Source: Candidatus Electrothrix sp. GW3-4
GTDB lineage: Bacteria; Desulfobacterota; Desulfobulbia; Desulfobulbales; Desulfobulbaceae
Reading direction: 5' to 3'
DNA length: 32,000 bases
Assembly (NCBI RefSeq): GCF_037902255.1
Contig: NZ_CP147990.1
Span: 2,400,001-2,432,000, forward strand
Shown here: piece after piece, positions 23,879 through 32,000 of the stretch
How positions within the stretch are numbered: position 1 is the stretch's first letter
Layout: every line of letters starts with the position of its first letter
The notes under the pieces: generated by a model
Told to the model about the DNA's origin: nothing
Seen by the model: only the letters and a program-made list of their open reading frames with translations
The model's database searches: none
Program-made: the position numbers and the translations under genes

Positions 23879-26122
23879 ATGAAAATACAGAACAAGGCCT
23901 CGGTAATCATGATTTTGTTCGGCGCAACACTTGTTGTGCTCTTTTCGGTGAGTTATGAAATCCTGAGCCGTCGCACAATTATCGATGGCGAATTAACGAA
24001 TCTCAAGAACATCTCAAAAGAGATCGCTCAGCACATCAACTCTCATCTCAATGAAAAAATAAATATAGCGCTCACGCTCTCCTCTGCCCCCTTGATCAAG
24101 GAGAGCCTACGAACAAGCAATGCTGCCTTCTCTGTCCTGCCGGAATCGGCACGAACGCAAATAATTGCCGAGCGCAATGAGCGCTGGAAAAAAACAAAGA
24201 ATCCTGCTGATTCCTTTATTCGGGCCCACATGACCACCCCGGTAGCCGAGTATTTCAAAAAACAGCAGGAACTCCTCCCGGAAAATTATGGCGAAATCTT
24301 TCTCACCAATGCCTATGGTGTCATGATTGCTACCACAGGTAAACTGACCACCCTTGCTCATGCTCATAAGTATTGGTGGAAGGCCAGTTACCATAACGGG
24401 CAAGGGAAAATTTTTCTTGACGACAGAGGTTTTGACACCAGTGTGAAGGGGTATGTGCTGGGCATAGTTGTACCGATTAAGGAAGGCGAGGACATAATCG
24501 GCATCCTGAAATGCAATGTCAATATTTTAGGACCATTAACAGATGTCATTCAAAGCTTTTCAGAGCGTAACCGAGGGCAAATCATGGTGGTGCGGACCGG
24601 AGGGCTCATTGTCCGAGAAGAAGGTGCAACACCGCTTTCAACCAAGGTGCCGAATCAGGTTGCCTCTTTGTTGCCGTCCCGGACAAGCAACGGGGCAATT
24701 ATTAGAGAAAAAAACAAAAAACTGCTCACAGCCTTCTCTCCTGTAACAATAACTCAGGGCACGAAAAAAATCGGCTTCGGCGGAAGTAAGGCATCCATTG
24801 ACCACCTCAAGGGAAATAAAGGCGAATCCTGGCACATTGTCATTTCTCTCAGTAAAAAGCAAGCATTGTTGGCAGCGCATAAGGCTACCCTCATCATTTT
24901 CTCCTGCGGTGTTCTCTTTACGTTGTTAACCGCCCTTGTTGCGCTTATTCTGGGCAGGTTAGTTGCACAACCTATCATTCATCTGGCCGTTACTGCTGAA
25001 CGCATTGGTGCTGGCAACCTTGATGCCAGGACCGATGTAGGGTTAAACGATGAAATCGGTTCGCTGGCCCTGTCGCTGAATACAATGGCTGAACGTCTCG
25101 CACGTATTACTGTCTCCCGCGATAAGCTCACTGAGGAAATCGAACATCGCAAGGAGATTGAGAAAAAGCTGCATCAGTTTAAGCTCACCCTTGATCAAAC
25201 CCTTGATAGTGTTTTTATGTTCACCCCGGATACCCTGCATTTTTTTTATGTTAACCAGGGGGCGATCAACCAACTAGGGTTTACGCGAGAAGAATTTTTC
25301 ACCATGACCCCTCTGGATATCAAGCCGGAATTTATTGAGGAGGATTTTCAAAGCATGCTTGCGCCTCTGCTTGACGGCAGAAAAGAATCACTCCTGTTCC
25401 AGACGACCCATCAACATAAAAACGGCTCCCGGCTCCCTGTTGAAATTTTCCTCCAATTTATAAAGCAGCCTACTGAAGAAAGAGGCCGTTTCTTAGCAAT
25501 TGTGCGTGATATCACGGAACGAAAAGAAGCTCATCGACGCTTGCAAAAGGTGTTGGATACTGTGGACGCCATGATTTATGTAGCAGACATAAACACCTAC
25601 GAGATACTCCATATTAATAAATATATAAAAAAAATCTTCGGCGATATTACCGGAAAAAAATGTTGGGAAGCCATTCAGGGACAAACGGCCCCCTGCTCTT
25701 TCTGTGAGTATATATACCCTTACGGTAACGATACAATTCATCCAGAAGCACATGTCTGGCAAGTACACAATCACAAGAACGCTGAATGGTATGAATGCCG
25801 CGACCAAGGCATACAATGGATTGACGGACGGGCTGCGCGAATACAGGTTGCGACCAATATAACCGAGCGAAAAAATATTGAAAAGGAACGAGAGAAACTG
25901 ATTAGCGAACTGCAATCGGCTCTTTCGGAAATCAAGATATTACGTGGGATCCTCCCTATCTGTTCGTTTTGTAAAAAAATCAGAAATGATGACGGCTATT
26001 ATGAACAGATTGAAAGCTATATTCACAAACACTCCGGTGTTGATTTCAGTCATACAATCTGCCCGAGCTGCATAAAGGAACATTACCCGGAAGAATACCA
26101 AAAGATGTTTCAAGAAAAATGA
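23879..26122 (+). CDS. membrane sensor protein (periplasmic Cache-like domain, HAMP, two PAS-like domains) with a C-terminal Cys/His-rich motif and no recognisable enzymatic output domain
   Basis: A TM helix is followed by a periplasmic region of about 300 aa, then a second TM helix and a HAMP domain (AERIGAGNLDARTDVGLNDEIGSLALSLNTMAERL). PAS-like blocks follow (...RFLAIVRDITERKEA; ...IQVATNITERKNIE). The C-terminus reads ICSFCKKIRNDDGYYEQIESYIHKHSGVDFSHTICPSC. I saw no HisKA/HATPase, GGDEF, EAL or HD motifs. Confidence 0.8.
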   Translation: MKIQNKASVIMILFGATLVVLFSVSYEILSRRTIIDGELTNLKNISKEIAQHINSHLNEKINIALTLSSAPLIKESLRTSNAAFSVLPESARTQIIAERNERWKKTKNPADSFIRAHMTTPVAEYFKKQQELLPENYGEIFLTNAYGVMIATTGKLTTLAHAHKYWWKASYHNGQGKIFLDDRGFDTSVKGYVLGIVVPIKEGEDIIGILKCNVNILGPLTDVIQSFSERNRGQIMVVRTGGLIVREEGATPLSTKVPNQVASLLPSRTSNGAIIREKNKKLLTAFSPVTITQGTKKIGFGGSKASIDHLKGNKGESWHIVISLSKKQALLAAHKATLIIFSCGVLFTLLTALVALILGRLVAQPIIHLAVTAERIGAGNLDARTDVGLNDEIGSLALSLNTMAERLARITVSRDKLTEEIEHRKEIEKKLHQFKLTLDQTLDSVFMFTPDTLHFFYVNQGAINQLGFTREEFFTMTPLDIKPEFIEEDFQSMLAPLLDGRKESLLFQTTHQHKNGSRLPVEIFLQFIKQPTEERGRFLAIVRDITERKEAHRRLQKVLDTVDAMIYVADINTYEILHINKYIKKIFGDITGKKCWEAIQGQTAPCSFCEYIYPYGNDTIHPEAHVWQVHNHKNAEWYECRDQGIQWIDGRAARIQVATNITERKNIEKEREKLISELQSALSEIKILRGILPICSFCKKIRNDDGYYEQIESYIHKHSGVDFSHTICPSCIKEHYPEEYQKMFQEK

Positions 26123-28266
26123 TTAATGACGCCACCTTTGGCATAGCGGTCCTCCTTGGAACCGGGCTTGCTATTGCCAAATTTGCTCAAATGCTGCGCC
26201 TCCCTTCGGTGACCGGCTTCATCCTGGCAGGCCTGCTCCTGGGAGAATCCGGCCTCGGCATTATCACCGTTGACCTGCTGGGCTACCAGCTGGATCATTT
26301 CACCAGTATTGCCCTGATGCTGATTGCCTTTGGTATCGGCGAACATGTGGAGCTGCGCCGTCTTGACGGCATGGGCCGGGACGTGGCCTATATTGCGGTC
26401 TTTCAGGCCCTGTTAGGCTTTACCCTGGTCACGCTTTTCATCCTGCAAATAACCTGGCTCATCGCCGGAACAGAATCCATCACCCGGCACCAGGTCATCC
26501 TTTCCCTCCTCCTGGGGGCTATCTCCGTAGCCACCGCACCTGCCACCACTCTACACGTAGTTCGCGAACTCGGCTCCCGAGGCCCCATGACCTCCACCCT
26601 CATGGCCGTGGTGGCAGCAACCGATGCCCTGGCCATTATGATCTTCGGTATAACGGTCTCCACAGCCCATAATCTCATCGGCATGGAGGGTTTTTCCATC
26701 GCCTCCCTTCTTTTTTGTTGTTACGAAATCGCAGCTTCTTTGCTCGTCGGCATTCTCACCGGCCTGCTTATCGACAAGGCCCTGGATAAGCTCCATAATA
26801 ATGGGGAAATGTTAACAGCTGGCCTGGCCCTGCTCCTCCTCTGCGGAGAACTGACCCGCCAACTTCACCTCTCCCCACTCTTGGCAGGAATGATGGCCGG
26901 TTTTGTGATGATCAACCGGGCAGAACGGGATGTCCGCCTTTTTCGTATCATTAACGGCTTTGAGCCACCCATCTATGTCCTGTTTTTTACCCTGGCCGGG
27001 GTCCATCTGGACCTCTCTGCCCTCAAACTGGCGGGCTGGGTAGGCATAGCCTATTTTTTCGCCCGCATCATCGGCAAGTACTGCGGGAGCTGGCTCGGGG
27101 CCTACCTCTCCGGTGCCAACAAACATCTTCGTAATTTTATTGGACTGGCCCTTATCCCCCAGGCTGGGGTGGCCATCGGCTTTGTCTTCATGGTCAGCAC
27201 AGATCCCCAGCTTGCGGATTGGTCCAGCACCATTACCCCGGTGGTGCTGGCTGGCGTTGTCCTGTCCGAGCTCTGCGGTCCCCTGCTCGTCCGTATTACC
27301 ATGAAAAAGGCCGGGGAGATCAACCAGGAGCTGGTCCGCAAACAGCCTGGATCCGCCCTCTCTCGCCTTTTCAGTCTAGAGGCTTCTCATGGCAAGAGTC
27401 CTGCTCTGGAACCGTGGACCAAGGGAGAAATACAACCACCAGCCTCGCCCATTGGGATGGTGGTGGTGGGAATCTATCATTTTGCGACTGCTCGGGCCCT
27501 GACCCGGGTGGCAACCATCCTGGCCCATCATTTTGATGCCCTTCCCCTGGCTGTACGGGCACATAAAAGAAAAGAAGAAAACAAGCTAAGCCCGGAAGAA
27601 CGCCAGGACCTTTTCTTTCCAGAAACCGATGAGGCCGCTACCCTGGGCTATCCCATGCAGACAGAGATCATTTATGAGCAACGGGCCTCGGCCCTGATTG
27701 CAGCAACCAGAGAACATAAGGCCAAGGCCCTGGTTCTTGGCTATCCCATCAGCAGAGATCCGCTCAAATTCCAAAAAATCCTTGATCCGGTGACCGCCAA
27801 CGTCCGCTGTCCAGTAGTTGCAGTTCGCTTTGTTGGGACAATGACCTGGGGACGCATCCTGATTCCCTTTATCCAACCGGAAGAGCTGGATGTCTTGCTG
27901 CCGATTATCGAGGCCATGATCACCTCCTGTCATCCCCAACTGACCTTTCAGCATCTCCTCTTTGCCGACAGCACCCTGGATGAAAGCCGGGCCCAGGAAA
28001 AAAAATTGGAGAACTGGGCCAGTTCAACGGTCTATGATGCCGATTCAATACGCTGTCTTGCCGAGGCCTCGGAATCCCGCTTAGAATCCATCCTCAGAGA
28101 AGCCCGCTATCATGACCTGATCATTATGAGCGCCTCTCAGTTCAAAGGGACGAAACGAAGGATCTTTGGTTCGCTGGCCAATGTGGTGGTGGAAAACTGT
28201 AAGAACCCGGTCTTTGTTGTCTATCCTGGTCAGGACCAAGCCGCCCCTTCTGGAGCTGACAGATGA
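26119..28266 (+). CDS. CPA2-type cation:proton antiporter fused to C-terminal USP-like domains
   Basis: The N-terminal part of about 400 aa is a multi-TM Na+/H+-exchanger-like region (LPSVTGFILAGLLLGESGLG...). The C-terminal half has two alpha/beta USP-like modules (...LIIMSASQFKGTKRRIFGSLANVVVENCKNPVFVV). The start overlaps the sensor stop (ATGA). Confidence 0.8.
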   Translation: MINDATFGIAVLLGTGLAIAKFAQMLRLPSVTGFILAGLLLGESGLGIITVDLLGYQLDHFTSIALMLIAFGIGEHVELRRLDGMGRDVAYIAVFQALLGFTLVTLFILQITWLIAGTESITRHQVILSLLLGAISVATAPATTLHVVRELGSRGPMTSTLMAVVAATDALAIMIFGITVSTAHNLIGMEGFSIASLLFCCYEIAASLLVGILTGLLIDKALDKLHNNGEMLTAGLALLLLCGELTRQLHLSPLLAGMMAGFVMINRAERDVRLFRIINGFEPPIYVLFFTLAGVHLDLSALKLAGWVGIAYFFARIIGKYCGSWLGAYLSGANKHLRNFIGLALIPQAGVAIGFVFMVSTDPQLADWSSTITPVVLAGVVLSELCGPLLVRITMKKAGEINQELVRKQPGSALSRLFSLEASHGKSPALEPWTKGEIQPPASPIGMVVVGIYHFATARALTRVATILAHHFDALPLAVRAHKRKEENKLSPEERQDLFFPETDEAATLGYPMQTEIIYEQRASALIAATREHKAKALVLGYPISRDPLKFQKILDPVTANVRCPVVAVRFVGTMTWGRILIPFIQPEELDVLLPIIEAMITSCHPQLTFQHLLFADSTLDESRAQEKKLENWASSTVYDADSIRCLAEASESRLESILREARYHDLIIMSASQFKGTKRRIFGSLANVVVENCKNPVFVVYPGQDQAAPSGADR

Positions 28267-29552
28267 ACAGGATACTTGTTATAGGAGGTGGGGCCGCAGG
28301 TATGATGGCTGCTGGGCAGGCCGCAGCCCATGGGGCCGAGGTGGTCCTGCTGGAAAAAATGCCACGCCCTGGCAAGAAAATTGCCATCTCAGGCAAGGGA
28401 CGCTGTAACCTAAGCAATAGTGCAGATCTCCCGGAGTTCATCAATCATTTTGGCCGCAATGGACGATTTCTCCGTCAGGCTTTTCAAGATTTCTTCAACA
28501 AGGATCTGATCCGGTTCTTTCAGGAACAGGGCCTGGAACTGATTACAGAGCGAGGGGGACGGATCTTTCCAGCGCAAGGCAGGGCCCCGGATGTGGTCAA
28601 AACGCTGCGACAATGGCTGGAGGGCCTATCGGTTTCTCTGCGCCCTGACTCGCCTGTGGAAAGACTTCTTCTCCAGGACGGAAAGATAACAGGTGCCCTC
28701 TGCAACGGTAATCCGGTGTACGGTAAGGCCGTCATCCTGGCTACTGGCGGAGCCTCCTATCCGGCAACCGGCTCAAGCGGTGATGGCTACCGACTGGCAG
28801 AGTCTATCGGCCACAGCATCGTACCGATCCGCCCCGGCCTGGTGCCTGTTATCACCCAAGGGAATCTTGCCGCGAGATTATCCGGGCTCCACCTCCGCAA
28901 TGTCGGCGTCCGACTCACTATCAGCGATCCAGCGGGCGGCAAGAAAAAACAAAAGAAGCAGAAAAAGCTCAGCGCCTTTGGCGAACTCCAGTTCATGAAG
29001 TACGGCCTCTCCGGTCCCGTCATCCTGACCCTGAGCAACGAGATCGTTGATGGCCTGCGGGCGGATAAACAGGTTCACCTGGTGCTGGATCTCAAACCGG
29101 CCCTTGATGACCAGAAACTGGATGCGCGCCTGCAACGCGATTTTCTGCAACGGCATAAGGAGCCCATGCAGTCGGTGCTGCGCGGTCTTATGCCGGAGAA
29201 ACTGGTACGAGTCTGCCTAGATGAAACTGGCCTTGCTCCTGACCGCCTTGCCGGAGAAATACGGGCAGAGGAACGCAAGCGCCTGCGCTTCTGGCTGAAA
29301 AACATCCCCTTGACCATCACTGGCTATCGTGGTTTCAAGGAGGCCATTATCACCTGCGGCGGCGTGTCGTTAAAAGAGGTTGATCCCCGCACCATGGGCT
29401 CAAAATGCTGTCCTGGTCTTTATCTGGCTGGAGAACTCCTTGACCTCCAGGCCGATACCGGGGGCTATAACCTCCAGGCCGCCTTTTCCACGGGTTGGTT
29501 GGCAGGGCGTTCTGCTGCAGAATACTGCAATAAGGGCCTCGTCAACCGCTAA
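28263..29552 (+). CDS. HI0933/YhiN (BaiN-like) family NAD(P)/FAD-dependent flavoprotein
   Basis: It has an N-terminal dinucleotide-binding motif (ILVIGGGAAGMMAAGQAA), ISGKGRCNLSN and a C-terminal LYLAGELLDLQADTGGYNLQAAFSTG. The start overlaps the antiporter stop (ATGA). Confidence 0.85.
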   Translation: MNRILVIGGGAAGMMAAGQAAAHGAEVVLLEKMPRPGKKIAISGKGRCNLSNSADLPEFINHFGRNGRFLRQAFQDFFNKDLIRFFQEQGLELITERGGRIFPAQGRAPDVVKTLRQWLEGLSVSLRPDSPVERLLLQDGKITGALCNGNPVYGKAVILATGGASYPATGSSGDGYRLAESIGHSIVPIRPGLVPVITQGNLAARLSGLHLRNVGVRLTISDPAGGKKKQKKQKKLSAFGELQFMKYGLSGPVILTLSNEIVDGLRADKQVHLVLDLKPALDDQKLDARLQRDFLQRHKEPMQSVLRGLMPEKLVRVCLDETGLAPDRLAGEIRAEERKRLRFWLKNIPLTITGYRGFKEAIITCGGVSLKEVDPRTMGSKCCPGLYLAGELLDLQADTGGYNLQAAFSTGWLAGRSAAEYCNKGLVNR

Positions 29553-29754
29553 GCCATGCATACAACGGGATACCGCCTCTGCCGTATCTCATATTCCCTG
29601 TGTTTCCTCCATCGTGCGGAGCTCTCGCTCGTCCGGCTGAAAATGCTTCTTTCCCCATCCGTCTCCCGCATAAAACCGCCCCCCTGCTTGTCCTGCTTGC
29701 GGGCAGCATTTTCTCAATTCCAAATACGTTCCCCTATCGAACCAGAACTGTTCA

Positions 29755-29984
29755 GAATCGTATCGAGTATCATGACTGAATCGCATCGAGTATCACGGCA
29801 GATTCGTATCGAGTATCACGGCAGAACCGTATCGAGTATCACGGCAGAATCGCATCGAGTATCACGACAGAATCGCATCAAGTATCACGGCAGAATCGTA
29901 TCGAGTATCATGAAAAAATCACATAGGGTGTTACGACGAATTCGCATTGCGTAGCAAGAAAAAATCGTATAGAGCATCCTTTTT
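29755..29984. repeat. 23-bp head-to-tail tandem repeat array (7 well-conserved units plus about 3 decayed units)
   Basis: Units start at 29755, 29778, 29801, 29824, 29847, 29870 and 29893. The consensus is GAATCGYATCGAGTATCACGGCA. Decayed units follow at 29916, 29939 and 29962. There are no spacers between units. Confidence 0.9.
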
Positions 29985-30021
29985 CCTGCCTGATCAACAT
30001 CCCGCCGCCTTGTAAAACATC

Positions 30022-30050
30022 TTGACAAGGAAACATCCCGGAATTACTCT
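30022..30050 (+). promoter_or_regulatory. candidate sigma70-type promoter (TTGACA-N17-TACTCT) for the 30110 gene
   Basis: A perfect -35 hexamer lies at 30022-30027 and a -10-like TACTCT at 30045-30050. This is about 40 nt downstream of the repeat array and about 60 nt upstream of the ATG. Confidence 0.4.
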
Positions 30051-30109
30051 GCGGAAAATTGACACCCACCTATCGGCGCAGCATCCCCCCTCAACTATTG
30101 GAGCATCTC

Positions 30110-31189
30110 ATGGCAAAGATCCAATGGCGGCCCGAAGTAAACGTTCTCACTGTTCCCCAATCCTATAAAATTCGCTTCGTACCCCGCGACTCAGCCGGAA
30201 CAGATGACCTGGCCGTTGCGATGAACGAGGAAAATTCCAACTACAGCGTCGAAGACGTTAAGACCATGCTGGCCCTTCAGGAACGGGTTGCTCAGAAGAA
30301 GCTGCTCAGTGGCGATCAGGTGACCATTGACGGTATGCTCACCATCGGTTTTTCTTTCACCGGCAGATTGGATTCACCGGATGACCCATTACCACCGGTG
30401 GATGAGTCACTGCATGTCAATGTGCGGGTGCTTCAGCCCTTTCTCAGGGAGATCAGGCAGCAGGCCCGTTTTGAGAAGCTGCCCATGATCGAGAAAGGCC
30501 CGGTGATCGACAGTGTTGAGGATACTCGCCTCCATCTGGCCGATGTGCTCTACAGCAAGGGTGTGCTTGATCTCGGGGGCACCAACCTGTCCTTTGATCC
30601 GGAGGAGGAAGGCAACGAATGCGTACTCGAAGGCGTGGGCAGCGGCCGGAAAGTTCAGGCGCAGTTCGGGCCGATTACCGATTCCGGTGTTGTCCTTGTG
30701 CCGGATATCCCGAATCAGAACGAGCCGTGGAAGAATGAGTACACCCTCTCTATCTCCACCCGGCCCACCGGCCACGGCAGTCCGCATACCGGCACCTACC
30801 GCAGGCGGCTGCGTTCGGTTCTGAAGATCACAGATCTGTCAGGCGAAACCGGGGCGGGCATCCTGAGCAACAGCGCGGCGGATGCACCCTATGTGACCCT
30901 GAACGGCGGAGAGGTCGGCGCGGATGAGATGCTACGAGTTCAGGCGGTCTTTGATATCAGGAATGATTGGCTCCTCCTCAGTCTGCTCGGCATGACCGAG
31001 GACGGACCTGCGGGCGAGACCGTGACCGTCACGGCGGACGGTGAATACACCCTGCTGGGCTTTGCCGGATCGGCGATGAGCAGTCTTACCGTCAATGTGG
31101 CCGACTATGCCGCTCTGCTTGATCTGGTGCGGGATCAGTATTATGGGCGGATTGTGGATGTGCTGGATGTGAGGGTGGGGGGCGAGTAA
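30110..31189 (+). CDS. HU-like DNA-binding N-terminal domain protein with a DUF4469-like (Ig-like) region
   Basis: The start is taken at ATG 30110, with GGAG 6 nt upstream. The N-terminal pattern is NVLTVPQSYKIRFVPRDSAGTDDLAVAM...SVEDVKTMLALQERVAQKKLLSGDQVTIDGMLTIGFSFTGRLDSPDD. It is followed by HVNVRV...KGPVIDSVEDT...LDLGGTNLSF. From memory this matches the HU-fold plus DUF4469 architecture that is common in Bacteroidota. I did not verify it by search. Confidence 0.5.
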   Translation: MAKIQWRPEVNVLTVPQSYKIRFVPRDSAGTDDLAVAMNEENSNYSVEDVKTMLALQERVAQKKLLSGDQVTIDGMLTIGFSFTGRLDSPDDPLPPVDESLHVNVRVLQPFLREIRQQARFEKLPMIEKGPVIDSVEDTRLHLADVLYSKGVLDLGGTNLSFDPEEEGNECVLEGVGSGRKVQAQFGPITDSGVVLVPDIPNQNEPWKNEYTLSISTRPTGHGSPHTGTYRRRLRSVLKITDLSGETGAGILSNSAADAPYVTLNGGEVGADEMLRVQAVFDIRNDWLLLSLLGMTEDGPAGETVTVTADGEYTLLGFAGSAMSSLTVNVADYAALLDLVRDQYYGRIVDVLDVRVGGE

Positions 31190-31219
31190 GGAGGACAATT
31201 TATCTTCGAGAGAAAAGGG

Positions 31220-32000
31220 ATGACAAATAATGCTTTACAAAACAACTTGTTGCTATATGTTATTTTATTAATATCGTTAACAACGAATTCTGTCGATATT
31301 TTTGCTCAAACCAGTAATCCTGCCATTATATCAAACATCGGAGAATTACCTGAAAGCGTCGGGTATGTAACTTACAACGGTTCAACCAGCATCAATGCAG
31401 AGGTTGGTCGTTGGGATACTCCATATACTGGTGGTGGTTACCCAATGTTTGATGTTGAACCTGAAGGGAAAAGTCTTTTGTACATTGAGATTGATGTGAA
31501 TGATGGGGGAATAGCTACATTTCGATACAGTCTGTCAACCTATGATGTGGGAGCTTATGATTGGCTTGATATTTATGTTATAGATCCAGGTAGTCAATCT
31601 ATAAATATTATTACTAATCATAGTCGGCCAGGCCAATGGGACGGTACATTATGGGAGAGTCCTGAACAGTCACAAAGTATAAATCTCAGCAGATGGCGTG
31701 ACCAACGAATCAGGATAATATTTTCCGTTAATCAAGATGGATATGGCGACCAAACACGTTCTAATATTTCAAGTTTCACTCTTTCTACCTGTCAGGTTTC
31801 TCCATTAACGCCTTTGACTGACCCTGTTGCTCTTGATTTTGAAGCGGGTAACTTTATTAATACTGATCCTCAATATTTTAATTTAACAACAGAATTATCC
31901 TGTTTGCGTAATGCGGTAACGGCTCAGGGAGGTTCACATAACCTCAGATCAGCTTATCGCCCTGCTCCTTATCAGAGGCATTTACGGGAGGTGTGGGACG
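31220..32000 (+). CDS. secreted hypothetical protein; the 3' end runs off the window end
   Basis: My own translation gives AAGGGA, then ATG at 31220, then MTNNALQNNLLLYVILLISLTTNSVDIFAQTSNP... This is signal-peptide-like with an AQ cleavage context. The frame stays open for 260 codons to the window end. The gene is visibly AT-rich. It is missing from the track because there is no stop. Confidence 0.6.
   Translation, partial: MTNNALQNNLLLYVILLISLTTNSVDIFAQTSNPAIISNIGELPESVGYVTYNGSTSINAEVGRWDTPYTGGGYPMFDVEPEGKSLLYIEIDVNDGGIATFRYSLSTYDVGAYDWLDIYVIDPGSQSINIITNHSRPGQWDGTLWESPEQSQSINLSRWRDQRIRIIFSVNQDGYGDQTRSNISSFTLSTCQVSPLTPLTDPVALDFEAGNFINTDPQYFNLTTELSCLRNAVTAQGGSHNLRSAYRPAPYQRHLREVWD

Noticed and set aside
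29693-29715. An intrinsic terminator after the flavoprotein gene (CTGC-ttgcgg-GCAG followed by CATTTTCTC)
   Set aside because: The stem is only 4 bp and the U-tract is interrupted, so it is too weak to call.
29556-29954. The 132-aa plus-strand ORF spanning the 23-bp repeats considered as a repeat protein
   Set aside because: The period is 23 bp, which is not a multiple of 3. The ORF exists only because the repeat happens to lack stops. There is no RBS, and the amino-acid pattern is just the three frames of the repeat cycling.
29755-29984. The 23-bp repeat array considered as a CRISPR array
   Set aside because: The units are directly contiguous with no spacers. At 23 bp with no intervening unique sequence, the array does not fit CRISPR architecture. 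There are no cas genes in the window.

Overview
This is a chromosomal window with visibly more than 50% G+C. It looks like a Desulfobacterota (deltaproteobacterial-type) genome; that guess is an inference from gene content only. All calls rest on reading the six-frame track and the raw sequence by eye, with no database searches, so family names are motif recognitions and not search hits. Most of the window is housekeeping or accessory chromosome. Recognisable genes are panD, panC, a DegT-type aminotransferase, a zinc deaminase, an RluA-type pseudouridine synthase, a CspA-type cold-shock protein, an RRM RNA-binding protein, a GNAT, a small MscS, moaB/mog, purM, mgtE, an HtrA-like protease, a large Cache/HAMP/PAS sensor, a CPA2 antiporter fused to USP domains, and an HI0933-type flavoprotein. 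The main accessory feature is an AT-rich islet of about 4.4 kb (about 13.75-18.2 kb). It carries a two-gene minus-strand module: a 412-aa protein with a Cap4/DUF4297-like PD-(D/E)xK N-terminus, followed by a HerA/DUF87-type ATPase. The herA gene is split into two halves by a 1,332-bp IS3-family element (14794-16125). That IS has an A9 run, and its orfB lies in the +1 frame relative to orfA rather than the canonical -1 frame. Other items worth a second look: (1) about 11 degenerate, roughly 21-bp T-run/A-run repeats (18699-18927), next to two palindromic operator-like sites, at the point where gene orientation switches from minus to plus; (2) seven to ten 23-bp tandem repeats (29755-29984) just upstream of a good sigma70-like promoter for an HU-like/DUF4469-like gene; (3) a sensor with no enzymatic output domain that ends in a Cys/His-rich motif and is translationally coupled to the antiporter; (4) a secreted-protein gene with an in-frame TAG; (5) about 54-bp direct repeats, which are gene 3' ends, bracketing the mscS-GNAT pair; (6) a Cys-rich gene coupled by TAATG to the pseudouridine synthase. 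I found no rRNA, tRNA or CRISPR array.
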